From the NCBI GenBank assembly GCA_033442325.1, contig JAWQFM010000015.1, positions 1,341,203 through 1,405,202 of the forward strand: a DNA stretch of 64,000 nt, written 5' to 3'. How positions within the stretch are numbered: position 1 is the stretch's first letter; every line of letters starts with the position of its first letter. Below the pieces are notes generated by a model. That model ran no database searches, was not told the DNA's origin, and saw only the letters and a program-made list of their open reading frames with translations. Source of the DNA: Salpingoeca rosetta (taxonomy: Eukaryota; Protista; Choanoflagellata). The translations under genes were made by a program, and so were the position numbers. This document shows positions 19,305 to 43,230 of this stretch, piece after piece.

Positions 19305-20044
19305 CCCACACATACACACAGACAGACAAACACACCTGGGTGTCGTTGTGGGTGAGGGCAAAGGCGGTGGCTGCATCAGTCCGGTCTTGCTGGAAGGTGA
19401 GCAGTGGAGCCAGCGTGGACTGGTCCCAGACCACGATGCGATTGTCCTTGCCAGCCGTGACAAGATACTGGTCTGCAACGTTGGCCTGTACAAACAGCAC
19501 AAAGGACGCGTGTGCGTGCAACGTATGCATTGCTGCTGCCGTAGCCACATGCCACACCATCACCAGCCCATCTGCTCGTCCAAACACACACACACACACA
19601 CACACGCACGCACGCAACAAGTGCAGAGTGAGTCGCATTCGTCAACAGTCTCACGGACAACTGAAATGTCCTTACCTATCACCACGTGCATCGTTCAAGT
19701 GCTCCAAAACAAACAGTTGTACAAAACACATGTACACCGCTCACCTTCACCGCCCGTGACAAGGTGATCTGCATCTTTCCAGCTCAAGCACTTGACGGCG
19801 CGCGTGTGTCCAACCAGGATTTGTTGCGGCGACACAATCTCCAGCTCATCATGTCCAGCACCTTCACAACGCAAGCGCAGCGCCGTCCTGCGTGAGATTG
19901 TGAAGTGCATGCGGTCATGCAGACGCGCATACGAATTCCTGCTCGTTGACATCAACACAACTACGAACCTCCCCACACTCGCGCACGCACGCACGCACTT
20001 CACAACACCCTCACTCACAATACAGCTTGCCCCCTCCCCCAACA

Positions 20045-20106
<62 letters not shown>

Positions 20107-21839
20107 AACACACTCACTCACACACACACACCAACACACTCACTCACACACAAACACACACACACACACATACACACCTGCTGTGCTCCAGTCCCAGATG
20201 TGCACGACAAAATCGCCGCCTCCTGTGGCGATGGTGCGACCTGTTGGGGAGAATGCGCCACACACCACCCGTCCCGCGTGCCCACGGTACCATCGCACGA
20301 GCCCAGGCTCGCCTCCTCCAACGCCCTCACCACCACCACCACCACCACCACCGCCACTGCTGCTGCTGCTGTTTGTTGTCGTCAGCGTGAGGACGGCAGC
20401 CCCCGTGTTGGTGCAGACAAGAAGGCCTTTAGAATCGGCACTGACGTGAATGCTGCGCACGAGGCCCGGCAGCTCCACAATCACGGGCAGTGAAGGTGGG
20501 CTGGTATGTGCAGCCGTTGTGCAGTCAGGTTCAGCACCGATTTGCGACAGAACAACCATGTGCTCAATACCAACCGCCACACAGCGCCCATTTGGTGTAC
20601 ACGCGCACACGCGTGGGACACCAGCGCACGGTTGCTCCATTCGTTGCAGCACGTGCCCACTCGTGGCGGAGATGATGAGCACCTCATTGTGGGTGGTCGC
20701 AACAACAACGTCGCCACCAAACCCTTGCAGTGCACAGCAAGACGTAAAGGGCGCGGCCCTGTGAGGCACAGCAGTCTCATCCAGCAGTGACGGAGAGGTT
20801 GCACACTCGTCAAAGGTAAAATAGCGAGCTCTGCCCTCTTCTTGCTCGTGTTCAAGCGTATGGTCGTGGTCTCCTTGTCGAATGTAACAGCCATCGGCAC
20901 CAAAATCGCCGTCGCCATGACTGGCGTCAGCACCGGTGATATGCGTGGTGTTCTCGTCATCGTTGTTGGCGGCACACGAGGCGGCACTGCTTCCGCCACC
21001 AAACGCTGCGAATGCGACGGTTTTGCCTGCAGGCACAGTTGCTGCTGGCGTGAATGACCTGCGCAGACCGCAGGACGAGAGATCCCACCCAACACAGCAG
21101 CCAGCCCGATCCGTGGAGAAGAGCAGGTCAGTGCCGTCGTGTGAAAAGCGCAACGATGTGACCCAGTCTTGGTGTGCGTGGAGCGTGAACAGCAATGCAC
21201 CGCTCTGTACATCCCACATAAGAACAATGCCCGCCTCCCCACCAGCCACCACCCGATTATGGCGCGGCGACCAGGCGACTGCTCGCAGCGAGTGGTGGTG
21301 ACCATGGAATCTGCGCTCAACCACACCATTGACAGCAGCAGCAACAGGTGATTGCATAACACCTGTCACGCCAGACATGTTGTTGGCTATCTCCGCTCCC
21401 CCGTTTCCATTTACACCACCACCACTACCACCACCACCACCACCACCGGAAATGTTGTCCAGGATGGCGATGAAGCCGTCAGCACCGACGATACACGCGC
21501 GGGAGCCCGTGCCATCGAACGCAGCTGCTGTGAGCCGCCCTGGGGCAAATGATGTCCACACAAGCCGGTGTGTGTTCGCTCCTGTGTTCACCCACCACAG
21601 CTTGGCTTGGCCCGCGTTGCACACGGAGAGATACGCGCGGTCCCATTCCCACAATCCGAGCGTGCGCGCCTGTGACCGCGGCAGCACGCACCCGGCGATG
21701 CAGCGAACCACGTCAAGATGGCGCCCAAGAACCAGGTCCGAAGAAGCGTGTGTCTCGGGGTTAGGGACCAGGTCTCCATCGCGGAGCTGGACGCACACGT
21801 GAATACTGTGGTCTGCTGCCGCTGCAAACACAATCGCGC

Positions 21840-21887
<48 letters not shown>

Positions 21888-22816
21888 GCCCATACACATC
21901 TGAGTGCTGGTTCTGTGTTACGTGGGGTGCTGTGACGTGGCCCAGGAAGCAGCATTCGACGTCTGTGTTGAGGTCGTACACACCCATGTCGCAGCAGCCA
22001 GCACCGAGCGAGCCCACAGTGACCTGCCCGTCTTCGAAACAAACGGCCATTATCGCAGGGCGCACTGAGGAAGGGGTTGAAGTCAGGCCACGGCGCTGTG
22101 GATATGCGGAAGGATCGCCGACACCACTCGCATCGGTACTGTTGTGGTACATTGTCAGCGTGTCTGGCGGTGCAAGGCAGTGCATGGCGACAATAGGTGC
22201 CGGGTGATTGCGCGTGCCGAAGCGGAGGGCCTGGCACGCTGCATGCACAGACACGACGCTGATGGTTCCGTCAGGGTGGGCCACGGCAGCAGCGGTGCTG
22301 GTGGTGTTGGTTGACGGTGTACGCGAAGATGGGATGATGCAGCACGACTTGGCGGGGGAGTCCAGGAGCTGCACGTGCTGTCGTGCTGGAGGCAGGTTGC
22401 GTGTCCAAGGTGCGTGCAGCGATGCCAGCGCGTGTATGTGCGCTGGCGCTGTTGTTGTAAATGACCAGAGGCACGCCATGTCGTCGCTTGCCGCAGTCGC
22501 GAGAATGGGGCGAGAGGGATGCACAGCCAGTGACAGAACGAAACCAGCATGTGCGGTGACGTGATGTTGGCATGTGTAGTCTGCCATGCTCCACACGCAA
22601 ACACGTGCGTCCTCTCCGGCGCTGAAGAGGCGGTTACCGCTGACATCAAAGGCCACTGCCTTGATGGCGCTTGTGTGGCCTTGAAGGCACACAGTATTGA
22701 AGTGCTGCTGCTGCCGCCGTTTTCGAGCTGTTGACGACCCACTGTTGGCGCTGCGCTTTCCTTCTTGTTGCCGCTGCATACCGTTGTTACGCCCATCAAG
22801 CGTTGGTACGCACGCT

Positions 22817-22848
<32 letters not shown>

Positions 22849-23043
22849 TGTTGCTGAGGTGGACAATTTGCGGGGAAGAAGCCACACGCGCACGATGTGG
22901 TCGCCGGATCCTGTGGCCACCGTGGTGTGTTGGCGCGGATGCCAGGCCACGGCGGTGACACGTGCATGCATGCAATCGAGGACGGCACAGCGTCGCTGTG
23001 GAGACGGTCGCATAGGGTCGGTTTGATAGGGATGTTAGTGGAT

Positions 23044-23078
<35 letters not shown>

Positions 23079-23176
23079 AGACAAGAGGGCAAATGCTCGT
23101 TTCGCCATAGAGGAGATACATACAGTTTGTCGGGTGCACGATTGTGCGTACGTGGAAACCGACGCTCACACACACA

Positions 23177-23209
<33 letters not shown>

Positions 23210-23541
23210 CATGGTAGATGCTTTGGAGATGGAGATGATGTGTGCTGCGCCGTCGTTTCCGCCCAGGGCGAGATACTTTCGATCCGGGCGCCAGGCGACA
23301 GCGCGAAGCGTGGTCACCATGTCCAGCCTGAGCGGGCACGCATGCGTGTGGGAATGTGTATGTGTGTGGGAATGTATGTGCGTGTGTGTGTGTGCGTGCG
23401 TGTGTGTGTGTGTGTCAAGGCATGACGAAGGTACATCCACACGGGGAACATGACAACAGTATAACGTAGACATGCAGAAAAAGCGACTCAGTGAGTGAAT
23501 GAATGACTGGTGTCATACCCATTCGTACCCAGCAACACACA

Positions 23542-23572
<31 letters not shown>

Positions 23573-24869
23573 GCGCACACACACCGCACCGAGAGATGGT
23601 GTTGAGGGAGCCCGTGGCAGAGACGGTGAGGAGGTGGCAGGCGTTGTTGCTAATGGCCGCGAGAAGGGAGTGGCTGCGTTTGCCCAGCTTCGCCGTGCTT
23701 GCAAGCGCAATGGCAGTGATTGGGGCCGGCATCCTGTGCTTGCAGGCAAGCCGGCGGGTCGGCACATGCCAGGCGCACACAGTTCGGTCCACGGAGGCAG
23801 TGATGAGCAGCTCATTGCTTGCTGCAAAGGTGGCTGAGGTCACGGCGTCTTGGTGCCCCAGCAGCTGCCCAACAAACACACCATCGTCACTCCACAGGCG
23901 CACCGTTGCATCGGCCGAACACGTGGCAAGCAGCACGGCGTCATCACCGCGCTGTTGCATGAACGTGCATGCAAGCACAGCGTCGTCGTGTGTTCGCCCG
24001 GCGTTTCGGCCGCCAAGCCCGTCCACGGCACGACCCCGACTGCTGTCCTGCTCACAGCCCTCGCTCTCACCCTCAAGCACATGAGAACGGTGGTTGCTGG
24101 TGTCTGTGCCAGCTGCCAACGACTGCACCTCTACGCCACGCTGCAAATCCCACATGCGCAGTGTACCGTCAGTGCTGCACGTGGCCACCATGTCGTCACC
24201 CTGAACATTGTTATTATTGTCCACGAGGGCATCAGCCGGTGGTGCGCGCCAAAGCACAACGCCAGTCACCACATCCGTGTGTCCCGTCAGAACCTTGAGC
24301 AAGGCAAGACTTTGCGTGTTCCACACGCGCACGGCTTGGTCTGTGAAGCCGGCAGCAAGCAGGCCGGCGTCGGCGCTCAGCGACATGGCGGTCACAGCCA
24401 CGCCTGTGTCGCTCCCATGCACTGTTTGCACGTTTTGCTTGCGCTGCCTCTTGGGACCAGAGCCAACGTGCCAGATGTACATGCGGCCATGGCTGTCACC
24501 GACTGCAACTGTGCTGTTGGCGTCATAGGCAGCACTGCAACATGTGGCGTCGGCCTTCAGCTTGATGCGCGCCGTCACGTGGCCCGTGTCCAGGTCATGC
24601 AGGGTCGCCAGCTTCCCACCCACAGCGGCGTATGCGTACAGCAGCGGGAGCAGCACGCCCGCTGTGAGGATGTCATCGAGGTCAGTCGCCACTTGCTTCG
24701 TGTGCCGGGAGGCAGCGTGTTGCTTCGCCAGTGTCAGGTACGCGTGTGCGCGGCGCGGCTGTAAGGGGGCCCCTTGCGCTTTCGTCTGTCCTTCTGCTTG
24801 CTGGCCGTACCTGCTGTTGCTGTTGTGCCTGGATGCTGTAGTCGAGGACAGCGGCGACCTACCATCAGG

Positions 24870-24937
<68 letters not shown>

Positions 24938-25909
24938 GAATTGGTTGCGGCTGCGAGATTGTGGCGGCTGTTGTATTGCTGAACAGCCAATCAGGTTCAT
25001 CCTGGGACGGCGGGCACTGTTGCGTCTTGGCGAGCTGTGGCACCGAGCTGGCTGGTTGGATGAGGGACAAGGGGCGAGGCGCATTAGTGCTCTGGAAGGA
25101 GAGCGGGCGGGAGAACGTGGTGAGGCCAATAAGATTGCCTGCAGGCAAGGTCTTGGCGGCCGGGGAGTGGCTGTGATGAAACGTGCTGGCGTCAGCCCCA
25201 GGTTCCAGGCGCAGTGTGGTTGGGCGATGCCGGGTGTGCAGCACAATGACGTCCTGCGTCCTGTCGTCCGTGAGAAGCAGCGAGCTTGTGTCAGTTGTGG
25301 ACTGGGGTGTGTCTGCTGCTGCAGCGGGCACGGCGATGGAGTCGATGATGCGGCCATCTTGCGTGTTGACCAGCATTACGCATCCATCTCCTGTCAGCAC
25401 ACACAACAGTTCTGACGACTGCACGAAACCGCACTGCGCCGCATCGCGCACCTCCGTTGCAACCTCCTGCAAACGTGCATGTTTGTTTGTGTGTTTGTTT
25501 GTGTGTTTGTTTGTTTGTTTGTTTGTTTGTTTGTGTGCATGGTGTGTGTGTTTGCATGTGTGTGCACGCGTGTGTGTGTGTGTTTGCATGTGTGTGTGTG
25601 TGTGTGTGTGTTTGCATGTGTGTGCACGCGTGTGTGCAAGTGTGTGTGCAGGGAAGAGTCAAACGAGATGTCATGTCACATCATGTCACGTTGTTGCGCA
25701 GCCACCCGAATACAAACACACTCATCACTGCAAGTCAGGCTATCTCAACAAGCCATGTCACAGCCTTTCTAACAACATACGGTGGAAGAGTTCCATAGAG
25801 TGCATGTTCCAGCCTGGGAGCGGGCTGCGAGCCATCGGTTTCCAGGGGTGCCCCCTTCTTGCTGGGTGCACCTCAGCTCCACCCAGCTCCTCTCGTTGCT
25901 GCTCTGCAT
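16405..25909 (-). CDS. TRP-type 6-TM cation channel with a very large N-terminal WD40-repeat region (multi-exon)
   Basis: The channel module lies at about 16917-17850: [16 protein letters not shown] (S4-S5 linker), [16 protein letters not shown] (S5), SVFMMLFGE (pore), [22 protein letters not shown] (S6/TRP box; the W codon is split by an intron, last exon ends at 16405). There are about 15-20 WD40-like units between 18.9 and 25.5 kb ([68 protein letters not shown]). The start at 25909 (MQSSNER..TLWNSST|gtatg) is tentative. Confidence 0.82.
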
Positions 25910-26128
25910 TGTCTCTCACCAACCACAAACAAACGGTTTGAATCGTTGGCGGCACGAAAATTATGTGTATCTTTCAACAAATCTGCGGGTGCGGTTATGG
26001 ACAGGTCGAGGAAAAGAGCAGAGTGGCAAACTGGCGTGGAGGTGGTATTGTGAACAAGGCACCACAGCAGCAGGCGACAGCAGCAGGCGACATCAGCCGA
26101 CACAAACGGCTCTTAAGATAACTGCGGG

Positions 26129-28422
26129 CTACACGTCTGTTGACGCTGCATCATGGCCAGTCTGTTCCGATCGTTCACTCCGTTCAGTGACTGCTTCCTG
26201 TTCATCCTGCTGCTGCTGTTGTCGATGCTGGCGCGCTTGCATGCGGCGTTGTCGGCGGACCTGAGCGGGCTCCTGCTGCTCCTGGGCAGATGCGAGGGCG
26301 TGCTCGTTGAGCTTGCGTGCCAGGTCTACGTCTCGCTTCTCTCGCTGCGCCCGCGCAAGCAAGCTGCGCTGCATCTGCAGGAAGCGGCGTTCCTCCTCGC
26401 TCGCGGCTGTGAAGTCCAGAAACTCCTCTGCTTCCTCGTCGTCGTCGTCCATATCCGCATCCCCGCCGTCCACGCTCACGGGCTGCTGCCTCCCTGTTGC
26501 GCTGCTTCGTCCACTCTGCGTGCCACTGCCACCTGCACTCCGCCGCCCCCGGCCCTGGCGCACGTGTTGTGCGTGTTGTGCGCGCACGCCGTGCTCCTCG
26601 ATCTCCTGCAGTCTTCGCGCCAGCTCGGCGTCGCTGTCCAGCTGCTCATCCGGGATGGACGCTGGCTCCGATAGCCGCCGCGCCAGCGCCTCGTCCGCCG
26701 CTGTGTGCGCGTGTATGTGATTGTGAGCGAGTGAGTGTGTGTGAACACGTGTGAGAGAGAGTGTGTGTGTGTGCGTGTGTGAATACGTGTGTGTGCATGT
26801 GTGTGTGTGCATGTGTGTGTGTGTGTGCATGTGTGTGATTGTGAGTGAGCGAGTGAGAGGAGAGAGAGAGTGTGTGTGTGTCGCTGACAATCACACAAAC
26901 CACCACCGCTTCCCTTCCCTCGCCCCACGATCTTGACCAACCTACCAACTGTGTCTGGGTCCTGTCGTTTTGCTTCCGCCTCTGCAGCTAGTCTCGCTTC
27001 CTCCTCCTGCAGCTGGCGCGCAAAGCTCTCATCTGTACCACGTGCATATTTGTGAGTGAGAGGAGTGCGCGTGTGTGTGGGGGGGGGGATGATTGATGAT
27101 ACTGTCTGCAAGGTCGGACGCATGTCAAGACATAGTACACCAGCAACAGTGCTCAGACTGACCTTGTTGCTCCGTCTGTTCACCGTTTCAGAAGAATGCA
27201 AGGAGAAGCAAGCAAGATCGATCAAGAGGTTGTGAGGACACCGCGTGGCAGCGATCACACTTCCCACCACACCGCTCCACACCACACATTACACCGCACC
27301 GCTCCACACCACGATGCAAACACAGGTGTACGGGACTATACCTTCTTCACCTCCTCTGCAGACACGGTGATGAACAGGGAGTACCGCAAGGAGCACGTGG
27401 GGGTGAGCACGAGTGCAAGCAGCGAAAAGAGGTCATCAGCTTTGTCAGGGAACCCAAAATTAAGCACCGCCACACAGGCCCGGGCACGCTTCAAAATAGG
27501 CATGCCCTCAGGTGCACACACGCAAACACACACACACGCACACACATGCACAGAGCGTTGCATACCAAGGTGGGCCTCTTGTAGCTTTGCTGCCAATTCA
27601 GCATCGATTCTCTGTTGCCGCTCTCGCTCCAGACGCGCTTCTTCCTGTGGGCAGCGTTTTGGAGCGCACATGATGGCGAACAGCAAGGTGAGTGTATGCC
27701 AACCAAGTTGCAACAGAGCACACGCGCAAAGCGGGCACGCAGCATCGCTCTCAGGCACGCACACACACACACACACACACGCACACACACACACACACAC
27801 ACAAGCACACACATACACACACACGCACACACACACACATACATACTTCTTCTTTGGCCAAAAGTTCCTGCAGTGCACGCTCCGCTGCCTCCTCCTGGCA
27901 AGCAGAGTGGTGTGAGATACTGTCAGCGAGGGTTGGCGTTTGTGTGGAGTGGGTGCGTGCACGTTGGGGCATTGTGCATACCTCAGCTTGCCGCTGTCTA
28001 CGAAGCTCTTCCTCTTCTGTCTGCTGTCGCTGAACAGCCATTCGCCTGTCTCGCGCAGACATGCGTGCAGAGTGCTGATTCCACGACCTTTTCTCGTCCC
28101 CTGTGCGTGTGTGTGTGTGTGTGTGTGATTGATTGATGTGTGTGTGTGTGTGAAGATGCGTGTGTGTGTGCGTGGTTGATTGATGTGGTTGGAGTGCATG
28201 GTGCGTGGAAGAGATCAAGACGAACATATTCGATGACCAACACTCACGCACACACACACACGTGTACACGCTCATGTGCGGGTGCAAAGTTGACGTACAG
28301 TAGTGTTCGCCAAGATGGTTTGCAAGAGCCTCATCCTCCCGCTCACGCCATGTCGACGCAGCTGTCAAACATGAGCATGCAGTGTGATGTGTTCATGTGT
28401 GCGTGTGTGTATGACAACATAG

Positions 28423-28460
<38 letters not shown>

Positions 28461-28519
28461 GGACAGACAGACAGACACACACACACACACACACACAGAC
28501 AGACACACACACAAACACA

Positions 28520-28590
<71 letters not shown>

Positions 28591-28619
28591 CGCTTGAACG
28601 ACTCCGACCGCTCCGCCAT
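26129..28619 (-). CDS. Coiled-coil protein with multiple MIU-type ubiquitin-binding helices (CCDC50/Ymer-like)
   Basis: Short exons from [10 protein letters not shown] (ATG at 28619) to the stop at 26129 carry repeated DxxLAxxLQ/S/NE motifs: [66 protein letters not shown]. Confidence 0.6.
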
Positions 28620-29533
28620 ATCCGAGGTCAAAGTTTACTTTGCGAAATTTTCAGCAAAAGCAAAATTGACTACAGCGCCCTGACAAACGATACCCCCATG
28701 TAGGACCTTCAAGCACGGTGGAATGTGCACTGCATTTCAAACCATCGCCACCACTGTGGTTGGGAGCGTGTGCTGACCAACACCCCCTGCAACAAACGTT
28801 TACAGCATGCCACTTCTCGCACGCTGTCACTCGCCCGCTCGCTCTGATACTTTGCTCGCTTGTGCGCGAGAGAGGGAGGGTGTCTTGCCAACCAGCCAGC
28901 CAACCAGGCACAACCACAACCACGCACGTAGCAATTCAGACTGTCAAGCACGCAAGCAGCAAAACACTCTCTCCAACCAGCCCCAAGCAATCAGTTTGGT
29001 GCGTTTGCCCGCACGTTGGCCCTTCTTTCGCTGGCGCTGGACCCCCGATCGCGTGTGCTTCGTCATTGCTCGTTCGCTGCATTGCCTTTCTGCTTGCCTC
29101 CCTGCTTTCCTTTCGACCCGCCTGCTTCTTGTGTGACCTTGTGACGTTGTGGCGGCGGCCTGTGCCTGTGCTGGTAGTAACCATTTCATCGTGGACACCT
29201 CTGTGCACAGGGTGTCCATGATCAACTTTCAACACATCTTCTCACCAGTGCAGCAGAGGCAGCATTGCCGTTCACACGCGAGACGACAGCAAGGTGTGTG
29301 TGTGTGTTTGCGCGTTTGCGCGTTTGAGAGGCGTGAGGCAGGTTGACGCTCTCTTGTCTCTTGTTTGTCATTTTTCTCAGCCTTCATGAAAGCTGTCACA
29401 TGCCTTCCAGTGCCCTCGTCTTTCTCTTCGTTTGTTGATCAATCAAACACACACACACACACACACATCATCATCATCATCATCATCACACTCACACACA
29501 CACACACACACACGCTCACTCACTCACATCATC

Positions 29534-29581
<48 letters not shown>

Positions 29582-29670
29582 TCACTCACTCACTCACTCA
29601 CATCATCACCCACTTCCGCCCCAACATCCCCCCCCCCGCTGCACTCCTTACATCATCATCAACGTCATCA

Positions 29671-39600
<9,930 letters not shown>

Positions 39601-40564
39601 GCAGCATGCTGCCGTTGTTGCCACAGTGCACTGCTTCCGTTACCATCGTGACGCGGACGCTTAGCTTCTTCTTGACTCTTGTTATGACACCTGTGACAGC
39701 AATCATGCTCGGTTACAGGAACACACACGCAATCCCCGCTTTCACGGTGTTTGCTTTTGCTTCTTTCTTGTTCTTTCCTGCTGCGCGCACGCACGCGCGA
39801 ATGCAACCACAGCTTCATTGCTTCTACGTGCCACTCTACGCTTCTCGCTACTCGTTGACCTGCATGCCCTTGAATCTTTCTTTATGTAATGGATGCGTGA
39901 TTCAATTTGCTAACACACGTTGCGTTGCCTTGTTGCTTTCTGCCCTGCCTTTTGGATCTCTTTCATTGATTGACTGCTTGCTTGATTGATTATGTTATGG
40001 ACCGCCTTTTGTTGCTCTTTTTTTTTTTTTTTATCTGTATGCTGCGCTCAAAGGAGAGCCAGCACGCCACTTACACTAAACCACCACCACAACAACATCG
40101 ACAACACCGACAACGACAACAACACCAACATACATCCATTCATTGCATCACTTTCACTCGTGTTTTTGTCATGGCCCTGATTTGCTTCCTTTCGTTGTCG
40201 CTTGGCTTGCTGGCATGCACGCACTGCTGTGTATTGCTTGTCGTCTGGGAGCCAAAGTCACAATGTGTAATATTATGTTACATCATCATCATCAACAGCA
40301 GCAGCAGCAGCATCATCAGCAGCAGCAGCAGCGATACGTGGCGATGGATGACACACATAATTGCTTGTGTGCGTACGCACAAGCAGACTGGCAGAGCGGT
40401 GCAAACCTACAACAAAACAACAAGGGAAGAATTGAGGAGGAAGAATTGAGGTTGACTACACTTTACCTCAACCTCAACCCCCCTCCCCCGCCTCCACAAA
40501 CCAAACAACCGCTACCCTTGTTACTTGTTACTTCGGCTACTTGTTTCTCATTACTTGCTACTTG

Positions 40565-42357
40565 TTACTTGTCGATGATGGCTGAGGCCACGGGCTTGAA
40601 GCCGTGGTCGGACAGGAGTTGGTTGAACGCGCCAACGGCTGCGTGATAGAGCCGCTCGTCCTCCTGGTCGTGGTGCTCGTTCAACACGCGCCATTCCGAT
40701 GCCGGCAGCACCTGCTTCTCCGCAGGCGCATCAAATGCCACTTGCGTGTACGGCGGTGCAGGGTGAAGTTCCTTTGCTCCTTTGTTCGGTTGTGCATCTT
40801 TGGTCCTTGCGGAGGATGCCTCGTGTGTGGTATCAGCATCGCCAGTGTCACTACTGCTGCTGCTGCTGCGGCTGTACTGGTTGTCCGTGAAGGCCTCCAG
40901 CTCCGCCATGTGCATGCGAACGCCAAACATGCGGTGGAAGAGGCACGCGGTTGCGTTTGGGTGCTCGTGGATGCCGACAAAGGGGAGATTGGTGACGACG
41001 TTTGCCTTGGCCCGCGGCAGCCAGCGCTCAAGCCGCTGCACGTGCACGCCGCACGGCATGCCAACGGCCATGCGTGTCTGGCACCCGGCAACGCCTGGGA
41101 AGTTGGCAAAGCTCTCCAATGTCTGCGTTACTTGCGCCATGCGCGCGTGTTCGGCATCCGACATGCCGGGCACCAGCCTGAGGGGAGAAAGGGTGGTGGT
41201 ATTGATGGACGGGGCGGGGAATTGTGAAAGGACTCCGATGTGAGGAAGTGTAAGAGGTAGTGTGTGAGAATGCGTGTGAGAAAACGTGTGCGTGAGACGG
41301 GATATCGGGCACGCGGCACATTGGAGAACGGGCGTTGCGCACCTGTCTTCGTTGTAGGCAGCAAGGAGCCGTTGGCGAGGATGGCGGAACACGGCTACGG
41401 TGGCCCTGCGTACATGGGTGTGTGTATGTGTGCGATAGAGTTTGATTATGGGAGGGGGACGCAGGTGCGGTCAAATACAAGCAGATGTATGTGTGGATGC
41501 GCACACGTGCATGTACTCACGCGTGCGTGGCGTTGGTGAGGCCGGTAAAGTCTTCAGCGCCGTCCACAGCACCTGCGATTGGAAAAATGATGTACATAAG
41601 TGTGAATGGGAATAGCATGGAGTCCCGTGTTGCATGCATGCAAGCAATACGATGTGAGCGAGGTTTGAACAGGTCGACACACGCTCACACAGCACACAAA
41701 CACATGAGTACACACACACACACACACACACACACGCGCGCGCGCGCACATGAGTACGCACAAACACATGAGTACACACAACACACGCACACACACACAC
41801 ACACACACAACACGCACACACCCACCCACCCACACAACACACGCACACACACACATACGCACAAAAGCACACACCGAGGAACTGGGTTGGGCATTTTGCA
41901 TCCTCATCGCCGTCGTTGCATTCACTATTGACACAGGATTGGAAGCACGAACTGAATAGAATCGGACGCAGAAAGACAAAGAGCACAGCATTAGAGCGTG
42001 GAGGATGAACGGTGTCATATATGGTGTGTTACAGGTCAGGCAAAGAGCGATCATCACGGCAAGTATACATGCATGCTGGCATGCAGGTTGAGTACACTCA
42101 CGAGCAAGAGTGGACGGGGTGGCGTGTGTTCCCGGACGGCTGCGTGTGCTGAGGTGGTCGGCATGCCTGCTGCCGCAACACAGCCTGCATGAAGTCTCCT
42201 GCCCTGTGTCGTGTGGGAAGGAGGTGCGTAGGAGGTGTGGAGGACGGCGGAGGAGGTTGAACAACATGAGAGGGGGACATGGGAAGGTGGCATGCGCGAG
42301 GTGAAACAGTGTGCATGTAACAGGGAGTGTGTGAGAGAGAGAGACAGAGACAGGGAC

Positions 42358-42388
<31 letters not shown>

Positions 42389-43190
42389 GACAGACAGAGA
42401 GAGTGACAGGAGAGAGAGACAGAGAGAGACAGAGACAGAGACAGAGACAGAGACAGAGACAGAGACAGAGGCACTCACTCACACACACAGATCCACACAC
42501 ACACACACACATACACATCACATCACACGCATCACATCACACGCATCACATCACACGCATCACACACACACACACACAGATCCACACACACACACACACA
42601 CATCATTGCATGCATGCATGGAAAAGCGCGTACATTGGAACGTGTAGCCATCGCACTGCAGAGACGGAGGTGGGAGCAAGCTCATCAAGGATGCTCGGGC
42701 GACCTGCACTGTTGCTGTTGTCAGCAGCTGATGGGGATGATTTAAAGTACGGCCAGCACATGGCTGTGAAGGCTGGGTCGTGAAAGTCGCGCACAGGCGC
42801 GTGGCTGCCGCGGTAGGACACGACGGCGAACGACGGCTCCAGTTCCTTGAGCAAGCGCTCGTGATCGCCCTTGGTTGCCGTGAGCGGAGCGCACAGGCAG
42901 TCCAGGCAGTCTGCTGGGAACGCGTGCACGGCGACAGCCTCGCGTGCCTCGCTGCTGATAGCACCCGCTTTCGCATTGGTCAATAGCGCCTCGGAGAACT
43001 TGATCTGCATGGTCCGTGGCGGCGAGGAGCACTTACCGCCCAGACACTGCAGCTCCGGGCGGCACGCGCACATGCCGTCGTGCACGAAGATGGCATTCTC
43101 AGGGCACGGCACCCCCACCACACCGCCAAGCAAGGCAGTGAGGGTGGCGGCGAGCAGCACAGGCATCGAAGAGGAGAGAGTCATCATCAT
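40565..43190 (-). CDS. Secretory-pathway sulfotransferase-fold protein (HS6ST/Gal3ST-like) with a Cys-rich N-terminal module; PAPS motifs degenerate
   Basis: Six exons join in frame: signal peptide MMMTLSSSMPVLLAATLTALLGGVVG, a Cys-rich module, RWLHVP|MAGDFMQ, VFRHPRQRLLAAYN, GCQTRMAVG, AKANVVTNLPFVGIHEHPNATACLFHRMFG, DERLYHAA..F. This is the motif order of Golgi sulfotransferases. Confidence 0.72.
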
Positions 43191-43230
43191 TGTTGTTGGT
43201 TGTGTGAGTGTGCAAACGATTTTCGGTGAG

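Noticed and set aside
42871-43230. Extended N-terminus of the 542-aa plus-strand ORF
   Set aside because: It starts at a non-ATG codon and is antisense to the first exon of the sulfotransferase-fold gene; the signal peptide only begins after about 43270.
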